Both the position numbers and the translations under genes were made by a program. Shown here in pieces: positions 21,689-28,769 of a stretch of DNA of 43,638 nt. Origin of the DNA: Porticoccus sp. (lineage in GTDB: Bacteria; Pseudomonadota; Gammaproteobacteria; Pseudomonadales; Porticoccaceae); assembly GCA_047635255.1 (NCBI GenBank), contig JBLIIR010000001.1:1-43638 (forward strand), given 5' to 3'. The notes under the pieces are model-generated. The model made no database searches. It saw only the letters and a program-made list of their open reading frames with translations, and was not told where the DNA came from. The first letter of the stretch is position 1; every line of letters starts with the position of its first letter.

Positions 21689-22144
21689 CTATAATGAAAT
21701 AGACTGCATTTCTTCCGGTATCTTCAAGTCATCGCCAGTTTCAGCTAACCAGCTGTCTCTCCCTCTATTCCAGCTGCTCTCACTCCACAGCTCAAATCGA
21801 TGGCGCTGCCCTATTAGCATTAATTTTTTCTCTAACTCGGCGTATTGCCTCAATTCTGGCGGGATCAGAATTCGCCCACTGGGGTCAAGGTTGACTTCTC
21901 TCGCATGGCCAATCAAAATTCTTTGCAACTTTCGTGTGGTTGAATTAAAAGATGGAAGAGCTGCAATTTGCATTTCGATTGCTTCCCATTCATGCAGGGG
22001 ATAGATCAGTAGGCATTTATCCTGTATATCAATAGTAATGACGAGACTTCCGCTGCATATTTCGGTTAAAACATCACGATATCTTGAAGGCATTGCCATA
22101 CGCCCTTTGATATCGATATTGATTTCATTGTTGCCTCTGAACAC
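21689..22144 (-). CDS. mraZ: Division/cell wall cluster transcriptional repressor MraZ
   Basis: DIKGR and DPSGRILIP AbrB-type repeats. Start moved to GTG 22144 (MFRG..., 151 aa) because the longer ORF start lies inside the MraZ boxes. Confidence 0.97.
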   Translation of the reverse strand: MFRGNNEINIDIKGRMAMPSRYRDVLTEICSGSLVITIDIQDKCLLIYPLHEWEAIEMQIAALPSFNSTTRKLQRILIGHAREVNLDPSGRILIPPELRQYAELEKKLMLIGQRHRFELWSESSWNRGRDSWLAETGDDLKIPEEMQSISL

Positions 22145-22178
22145 TTTCTCATCCAACCTTATTTGCCAATTATAAAAA

Positions 22179-22206
22179 CCACTTTTACCCACTTTCTCCC
22201 ACTTTT
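22179..22206 (-). promoter_or_regulatory. MraZ binding site: three GTGG(G) direct repeats at 10-bp spacing
   Basis: Minus strand AAAAGTGGGAGAAAGTGGGTAAAAGTGG, between the -10 box and the mraZ start; matches the known MraZ operator architecture. Confidence 0.9.
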
Positions 22207-22209
22207 GTA

Positions 22210-22237
22210 ACTATATGCTCAAGGAGGTCAAAGTCAA
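22210..22237 (-). promoter_or_regulatory. sigma70 promoter of the dcw operon
   Basis: TTGACT (22237-22232), 16-nt spacer, TATAGT (22215-22210), immediately upstream of the MraZ boxes. Confidence 0.75.
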
Positions 22238-22276
22238 GGCAAAATAAAGCCCACCAATAAAGAAAATTTGGATAAA

Positions 22277-22289
22277 ACTCAATAACTTG
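22277..22289 (+). promoter_or_regulatory. Possible IHF site upstream of the dcw promoter
   Basis: ACTCAATAACTTG versus consensus WATCAANNNNTTR (one mismatch), with an A-rich 5' flank. Confidence 0.3.
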
Positions 22290-22354
22290 CGACTAGCGAA
22301 TAAAATATAGAGACGCTAAATAAGATATAATGAAGAAAAACATACAGCTAGAAA

Positions 22355-22383
22355 TATCAGTTAAAGTGATTCTTTAACTGATA
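22355..22383. repeat. Perfect 12-bp inverted repeat TATCAGTTAAAG-tgatt-CTTTAACTGATA
   Basis: Read directly from the rnpB-mraZ intergenic sequence. Confidence 0.85.
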
Positions 22384-22464
22384 AGCAGGAAAGCTAATTT
22401 CATCAAGAATTGAAAGGTTCACTGCTGAGCAAAATCGGCATAGAGCTATGCGTTACTTAAGCTC

Positions 22465-22504
22465 AAAAAGAGAGACTAACCTCTGGTATTGCCAGAGGTT
22501 AGTC
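22465..22504 (-). terminator. Rho-independent terminator of rnpB
   Basis: 13-bp perfect stem GACTAACCTCTGG/CCAGAGGTTAGTC (22474-22504), followed on the minus strand by TCTCTTTTT, 6 nt after the rnpB 3' end. Confidence 0.9.
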
Positions 22505-22510
22505 ATATTT

Positions 22511-22888
<378 letters not shown>

Positions 22889-22981
22889 GCGCATAGGTTA
22901 CCATGAAATAATCAGTTGCTTAAAAATTATTTTTATAAAAATCTCACTTAAGGTTGATTACAAAAAATTCCCTCGGCTGGT

Positions 22982-23818
22982 TTATTGCTTAAGGGAGAGA
23001 GCCAAGGCGTATAGTTCATTCTTTTGGTAGCCGGTAATTTTTGCAGCCAATAAGGCAGCTTGCTTCAAAGGCACTTCGTCCAACAGTATCGCTAATACTC
23101 GCCTGGCCTCAGTAATATCTGGATCTTTTTCTGAGGAATGAACCCCTTCTAATACGATAACTATCTCGCCTTTTTGTTGGTTTTTATCTTCTCTTACCTG
23201 CACTAAAACCTCAATCAAAGATCCAGACAAAAAGGTCTCATAGGTTTTTGTTAATTCTCTAGCCATTACTACTTGGCGGGCACCACCAAACACATTCACC
23301 ATATCGGTCAGAGTTTCTAGTATTCTATGTGGGGCCTCGTAAAAAATTAAAGTCCTAAATTCTTCAACAACACTTTCGAATTTTGCAACACGAGCAGATG
23401 ATTTGGCTGGAGGGAATCCTTCAAAAATAAACCGATCACTAGGCAAGCCTGATGCGCTAATTGCAGCAATAAGAGCGCAAGATCCAGGTATAGGGACTAC
23501 TTTTAGACCTTTATCTCTAACAATTTTTACCAGCCTATAGCCAGGATCAGAGATCAAAGGAGTTCCGGCATCAGAAATCAGGGCTACAGAATTTCCGCGC
23601 AAAAGCATATCGACAATAGTGTTAATTTGTTTATTATCACTATGATCATGATAAGAAACCATGGGGGTTTTTATGCCAAAATGGCTGAACAGGCGGCTGC
23701 TACGCCTAGTGTCTTCAGCCGCCACTAAATCAACGGTATGGAGAACATCCACAGCACGAGGTACCATGTCTCCCATGTTACCTATAGGTGTTGCTACTAT
23801 ATATAACTCACCCATCAT
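22982..23818 (-). CDS. rsmI: 16S rRNA Cm1402 2'-O-methyltransferase RsmI
   Basis: LYIVATPIGN, AAEDTR, SDAGTPLISDPG, FYEAPHR, ARELTK, KGE. Likely start ATG 23818 or 23815 rather than 23833. Confidence 0.98.
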   Translation of the reverse strand: MMGELYIVATPIGNMGDMVPRAVDVLHTVDLVAAEDTRRSSRLFSHFGIKTPMVSYHDHSDNKQINTIVDMLLRGNSVALISDAGTPLISDPGYRLVKIVRDKGLKVVPIPGSCALIAAISASGLPSDRFIFEGFPPAKSSARVAKFESVVEEFRTLIFYEAPHRILETLTDMVNVFGGARQVVMARELTKTYETFLSGSLIEVLVQVREDKNQQKGEIVIVLEGVHSSEKDPDITEARRVLAILLDEVPLKQAALLAAKITGYQKNELYALALSLKQ

Positions 23819-23832
23819 AAGAAACGATACCA

Positions 23833-25032
23833 ATGTTTAAAATTCAAGTTACAGCCATCTTGTGCTTTATAGCATTACTAGCGTCAGGCTGCTCGCAAAT
23901 TTCTATTTTAAATATTGGGAAAAAATATTTTCCGCAAGAGATGCTGTCTCATTCGAACGAGGAAGTATCGGGATATAGCGATACTCAAAATAAAATTGCA
24001 GTTCTACTTCCACTAAGCGGCGCACAAAAAAAAGCAGGTGATGCGATACAAAGCGGTTTTCTTGCTGCCTTATATAAGGCTAAAGAAAGCAAAGAGCAAG
24101 TGCCTCAAGTTCAATTTTATGACACAGAAAGCATGATAGATATAGTTGCTCTTTATACTCAGGCTGTAAATGATGGTGCGCAGCTAGTTATTGGGCCAGT
24201 AAAAAAAGATAATACCTCCCCATTTCTAGCATTAAAGAGGACTCCAGTTCCAATTATCACGCTAAATTATATGGGAGAACTGGCGGCATCAAGAAGAAGA
24301 AATATTTTTCAATTTGGTCTCTCCGCAACAGATGAGGGTCGCGAGGTTGCCAACAAGGCATGGACTAAGAACCATAGGTCAGCATTAATAATAGCTCCGG
24401 ATAGCAGATGGGGGAGGCGCTCAGCCAAAGCATTTCATGAGCACTGGCAAGAAAAAGGTGGCAAAACAACTGATACAATCTTGTATAGCAACACAGCAAC
24501 TGACTTCGTCCCAGAATTCAGCTCAATACTACATATAAAAAATAGCTCCACTCGCAAACGAAATCTGGAGAAACTGCTCGGCAAGCCCTTAACTTATACA
24601 CCGCGCCGCCGAAAAGATATTGATATGATCTTTTTGGTAGCCTATCCAGATCATGCTCGTCAAATAAAGCCCACCTTAGATTTTCTGTTTGCTGGAGATA
24701 TTAAAATATACAGCACATCACAAATTTACTCTGGCTCTGAAGATGTCGACAGGAACAGGGATCTTAATGGTGTCAGCTTTATCACCACACCTTGGTCTCT
24801 AGATCTATCCACTCTTTTGTCAGGGGCCAGCATGCCGCCGATTTATCGGCATTTTTTTGCACTCGGTATTGATGCCTACAAGCTGCATTATTCCCTTAAA
24901 CAGATGAAAAAAAATCCAAATCATAAATTTTATGGTGTCACCGGCACTCTTCAGTTGAATTCATTAGGTGCCATAAAAAGAACGCAGCCTTGGGCAAAGT
25001 TTCACAAAGGAAAAACATACTCCATTCAGTAG
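23833..25032 (+). CDS. lpoA: Penicillin-binding protein activator LpoA (LppC family) lipoprotein, short form
   Basis: Lipobox LASGC; KIAVLLPLSG, IGPVKK, FQFGLS..DE, PRRRKDIDMIF, ARQIKPTL, ALGIDAY, GVTGTL; divergent from rsmI as in the canonical locus. Confidence 0.9.
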   Translation: MFKIQVTAILCFIALLASGCSQISILNIGKKYFPQEMLSHSNEEVSGYSDTQNKIAVLLPLSGAQKKAGDAIQSGFLAALYKAKESKEQVPQVQFYDTESMIDIVALYTQAVNDGAQLVIGPVKKDNTSPFLALKRTPVPIITLNYMGELAASRRRNIFQFGLSATDEGREVANKAWTKNHRSALIIAPDSRWGRRSAKAFHEHWQEKGGKTTDTILYSNTATDFVPEFSSILHIKNSSTRKRNLEKLLGKPLTYTPRRRKDIDMIFLVAYPDHARQIKPTLDFLFAGDIKIYSTSQIYSGSEDVDRNRDLNGVSFITTPWSLDLSTLLSGASMPPIYRHFFALGIDAYKLHYSLKQMKKNPNHKFYGVTGTLQLNSLGAIKRTQPWAKFHKGKTYSIQ

Positions 25033-25180
25033 CTTGCACGAAAGGCAAAGGCCAAATAGCTGCAGAGGAGGAATTCAGGGGAATAGCCGATATACCGCTA
25101 AAGCGCCAGCAAACGAATTATGCATGAGGTAGAATGACGGCCTAACCTTTTAAAAAATATAACGAGTCGACAAGAGAGTC

Positions 25181-25765
25181 ATGGAATCAACTGTTATTGC
25201 ACATTTTAATCAAAGCATTCAGGTTAAAAAAGACTGCACCAAGCTGCTGGCCCCATATATTGTCAGTGCCAGTCATAAAATAGTTCAACAACTACTCCAA
25301 GGCCGGAAAGTCTTATCTTGTGGCAATGGCCTAACAACTGCTTTGGCTAGCATCTTCACCGAGTCTCTTCTGCTTCAATATAAACTTGAGCGCCCAGGAT
25401 TTCCCGCCATATCTCTGAATGATAGCGGAATATTAACAGCTATTTGTCATAGAAATGGAAAAAGCCAAATATTTAGCAAGCAAATCATAGCATTAGGGGA
25501 ACCTGGGGACCTCCTAGCTATATTTAGCAGTGGAAGCAACCCCGGTAATCTTGTGCAAGCCATTCAGGCTGCTCACGATAAATCTATGGTGGTAATAGCA
25601 TTTACGGGTATGCATGACAAAGATCTTTCAGCCTTACTGAGCAACGAGGACATAGAAATACGGGTTGAGCACGATGATGTACATCGAATAAGCGAATTAC
25701 AAATGTTGAGTATTTTCTGTCTTTGCGAACTGATAGATCAACAACTATTTGGGGGAAATAACTGA
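25181..25765 (+). CDS. diaA: SIS-domain DiaA/GmhA-family protein with degenerate active site (DiaA-like)
   Basis: KVLSCGNG, ERPGFPAISL, LG.PGD, AHD, DIEIRV, CLCELID; sits in the yraO/gmhA slot. GmhA catalytic residues are not conserved. Confidence 0.75.
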   Translation: MESTVIAHFNQSIQVKKDCTKLLAPYIVSASHKIVQQLLQGRKVLSCGNGLTTALASIFTESLLLQYKLERPGFPAISLNDSGILTAICHRNGKSQIFSKQIIALGEPGDLLAIFSSGSNPGNLVQAIQAAHDKSMVVIAFTGMHDKDLSALLSNEDIEIRVEHDDVHRISELQMLSIFCLCELIDQQLFGGNN

Positions 25766-26337
25766 TGTCGAAATCATTGCCGAGTCTGCTAGTGTTCTGC
25801 ATATGCATCCTAGTCGGATGCACTAAAATTATTCATGTTGCAACTGAGGAACCAATAAAACAAGCTCCAGAAAAAATTTCACTCGGTACCGATATTGATG
25901 ACTGGGAGCTTGAAACATTAATTGGAGTTAACATAAAAAAAATTAGCCCCGAGCTAGAAAACGCCCATATTAATATTACTTCATACAACCGAGTGGTGCT
26001 GCTAACCGGACAAGCCCCTTCTTCAGAGGCTAGAATTCTAGCCGCTAAAACTGCCAAAGAGTATCGCGGGGTCCGTCAAGTGTACAACGAAATAAAAGTC
26101 AGTGGCCCCACTTCTTTTATTTCAAGGACTAACGATACATGGCTTTCCGCCAAAGTAAAAACTAAATTGATGGCAAGCGAGGAAGTGAAATCCTCGTCGA
26201 TAAAGGTAGTTACAGAAAACGGAGTAGTTTTCTTAATGGGTCTTGTTACTCGACAAAAAGGAGAAATCGCCTTACGGTTAGCGAGCGAAACTGGAGGGGC
26301 TGTCAGCATCGTATCAGCTTTTGAGTACACCAACTAG
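25765..26337 (+). CDS. dolP: Dual-BON-domain outer-membrane lipoprotein (YraP/DolP family)
   Basis: Lipobox ILVGC; G..IDD, YNRVVLLTGQAP, VYNEI, DTWLSAKVK, KVVTENGVVFLMGLV. Confidence 0.9.
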   Translation: MSKSLPSLLVFCICILVGCTKIIHVATEEPIKQAPEKISLGTDIDDWELETLIGVNIKKISPELENAHINITSYNRVVLLTGQAPSSEARILAAKTAKEYRGVRQVYNEIKVSGPTSFISRTNDTWLSAKVKTKLMASEEVKSSSIKVVTENGVVFLMGLVTRQKGEIALRLASETGGAVSIVSAFEYTN

Positions 26338-26394
26338 AACCGATAAGTATACTCGATCTACGGGCCTATTTTTTATATTCCTCAAGATTTAACG

Positions 26395-27573
26395 TCACAT
26401 CAGTTCAAGGGCAATCGCTAACGCCTCACCTCCACCAATACATACCGCAGCAATGCCTTTCTTTTTTTCATACAACTGCATTGCAGCTAGCAGAGTTACA
26501 ATAATTCGCGCACCAGAGGCCCCTATTGGATGACCCAAAGCGCATGCCCCACCGTGAACATTGACTTTTTCATGAGGCAAGCCTAAGTCTTTCATTGCCG
26601 CCATGGTTACAACAGCAAATGCTTCATTAATCTCATAAAGATCTACGTCATCCTTAGACCAATCCAGTGCTTTTAATAATTTTTTAATAGCTCCAACTGG
26701 GGCTGTAGTGAACCATTCGGGTTCATGTGAATTGCTAGCATAATCAGATACCTTAGCTAAAGGCTTCAATCCTAACTTTTTTGCTACAGATAAACGAGTA
26801 AGCACCAAAGCGGCGGCACCGTCGCTAATAGAGCTGGAATTAGCAGCAGTAACAGAGCCGTCTTTTTTGAATGCTGGCCTTAATTGAGGAATTTTCTCTA
26901 TGTTGCCTTTCCCTGGTTCCTCGTCTTGAGCATATAAAGTATCACCACGACGATTTTTTACAGTAAATGGGGTAATTTCAGAATCAAATTTCCCATCTGT
27001 AATAGCCTGTTGCGCTCTCCTTAATGAAGTAATAGCAAACGCATCTTGCTCCTCGCGAGTAAACTGATACTTACTGCAAGTTTCTTCAGCAAAAAGCCCC
27101 ATAGCACTTTTAGCATAAGCATCCTCTAAGCCATCCATCGTCATATGATCATAAATAGTAGCATCACCAAAACGATAGCCACCTCTACCCTGTGACATGA
27201 GGTACGGGGCATTTGTCATGCTCTCCATCCCACCTGCAATAGCTACATCTGTACGACCAAGAGTCAGGCCATCATATGCGCTCATAACGGCTTTCATGCC
27301 GGAACCGCAAACCTTATTAATAGTGGTGGCGCTGACCCTAACTGGAAGCCCTGCACCTATTGTGGCCTGTCTTGCTGGTGCCTGCCTAAGTCCTGCAGAC
27401 AAAACACATCCCATGTCCACAGAACTAATTGCATCCAAAGGGGCTCCGGAGCGCTCAACAGCAGCTTTTATAGCCGCTGTACCCAGCTCTACTGCAGAGA
27501 CTCCAGAAAACTGGCCCTGCATGCTACCAATAGGCGTTCTAGCCATGCCAACTATTACAACTGGATCAGACAT
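26395..27573 (-). CDS. Acetyl-CoA C-acyltransferase (thiolase)
   Basis: ARTPIG, NKVCGSG (catalytic Cys), GGMESM, NEAF, GHPIGASG, CIGGG. Confidence 0.97.
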   Translation of the reverse strand: MSDPVVIVGMARTPIGSMQGQFSGVSAVELGTAAIKAAVERSGAPLDAISSVDMGCVLSAGLRQAPARQATIGAGLPVRVSATTINKVCGSGMKAVMSAYDGLTLGRTDVAIAGGMESMTNAPYLMSQGRGGYRFGDATIYDHMTMDGLEDAYAKSAMGLFAEETCSKYQFTREEQDAFAITSLRRAQQAITDGKFDSEITPFTVKNRRGDTLYAQDEEPGKGNIEKIPQLRPAFKKDGSVTAANSSSISDGAAALVLTRLSVAKKLGLKPLAKVSDYASNSHEPEWFTTAPVGAIKKLLKALDWSKDDVDLYEINEAFAVVTMAAMKDLGLPHEKVNVHGGACALGHPIGASGARIIVTLLAAMQLYEKKKGIAAVCIGGGEALAIALELM

Positions 27574-27584
27574 AATTAAATCCT

Positions 27585-28022
27585 CTATTTCACTATCCTC
27601 AAGGAGGGTTTTTTGTTTACATCAGCAGAACCGCGGTCTCTAGAAAATTTCTTCGATGGTGGCGCTGATTTAACGGAGGTTGGGCCCGATGGTTCCGGAT
27701 CTTTCGGGTTCTCCTCTTGAAAGATCATCCCTTGGCCATTTTCTTGTGCGTAAATTCCAACTATAGACTGGATCGGTAAAAAAATATCACAAGGAGCCCC
27801 GCCAAAACGCGTGCTAAATGAAATCTTCTCATTGTCCATTAGTAGGTTCGTAATAGCCCGGGGCACCAAGTTAAGCACTATCTGGCCATCACTTACATAG
27901 CTTTGCGGCACTTCAACTCCTAGATGATACGCATCAATAGACATATAAGGTGTTAGATTGTTATCAACAATCCACTCGTATACTGCTCGAATTAAGTAAG
28001 GTTTATTTGATGTCATAATCAT
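27585..28022 (-). CDS. sspB: ClpXP adaptor SspB
   Basis: PYLIRAVYEWIVDN..TP, DGQIVLN, RFGG, IYAQENGQGM, C-terminal ClpX-binding PSLRIVK. Confidence 0.97.
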   Translation of the reverse strand: MIMTSNKPYLIRAVYEWIVDNNLTPYMSIDAYHLGVEVPQSYVSDGQIVLNLVPRAITNLLMDNEKISFSTRFGGAPCDIFLPIQSIVGIYAQENGQGMIFQEENPKDPEPSGPTSVKSAPPSKKFSRDRGSADVNKKPSLRIVK

Positions 28023-28078
28023 AGCTGATAAATATCAATTACTAACGATCCATCCTATGCAAAAACTGATACTGTTTG

Positions 28079-28708
28079 TTATTCCATTTCTCTTTCGATT
28101 TCTGACAAGCTTTCTTGAAAAGATTCACGCTCAAAAATACGCGCCATATAGTCATGGAGCGGCTTTGTTTGTCGATTATTGGGCAAGTCTACACCCAAGC
28201 TCTTCAATCGCCATAAAATGGGGGCCAAACAGCAATCTACCAAAGTAAAATATTCGCTCATAAAATAAGGTAAATCTGAAAAAATGGGAGCAAGACTGAC
28301 AAGGCTCTCTTGTAGTTCTTTGCGAGCCTTTTCTGTAATTGGACCCTCAGGAGAGTCAATAATTTTATCTATCTGGGCACTGCAGTCTTTTTCTATACGA
28401 AACATAAATTGACGACTTAAAGCTCTCGCTACAGGATAGACTGGAAGTAATGGGGGATGAGGAAATCGCTCATCTAAATACTCCATCATTACCTTTGTTT
28501 CATACAAAGCCAGTTCACGATCAATGAGTGTAGGAAGCGCACCATAAGGATTAAGTGCCAAGACTTCTTCTGGGATAGCTAGATTATCGACCTCTTCGAT
28601 GTCAACAGTAACTCCTTTTTCTGCCAAGACAATACGAACCCGATGGCTATAATGGCAAGTCGGATCAGAATAAAATGTCATAGATGATCGTTTTGCAACA
28701 ATCCCCAT
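28079..28708 (-). CDS. sspA: Stringent starvation protein A (GST-like)
   Basis: [52 protein letters not shown]. Confidence 0.97.
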   Translation of the reverse strand: MGIVAKRSSMTFYSDPTCHYSHRVRIVLAEKGVTVDIEEVDNLAIPEEVLALNPYGALPTLIDRELALYETKVMMEYLDERFPHPPLLPVYPVARALSRQFMFRIEKDCSAQIDKIIDSPEGPITEKARKELQESLVSLAPIFSDLPYFMSEYFTLVDCCLAPILWRLKSLGVDLPNNRQTKPLHDYMARIFERESFQESLSEIEREME

Positions 28709-28733
28709 AATAAAACCTCAGTTATAACTATGA

Positions 28734-28760
28734 ATAAAAGAGCGGCTGAATTTGCCGCCC
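28734..28760 (-). terminator. Putative intrinsic terminator after petBC
   Basis: Minus-strand GGGCGGC-AAATTCA-GCCGCTC followed by TTTTATT, 9 nt after the cytochrome b/c1 stop. Confidence 0.6.
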
Positions 28761-28769
28761 AAGCAGGTG

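Noticed and set aside
22929-22942. Palindrome ATTTTTATAAAAAT upstream of rnpB
   Set aside because: AT-only, likely chance in an AT-rich promoter/UP region.
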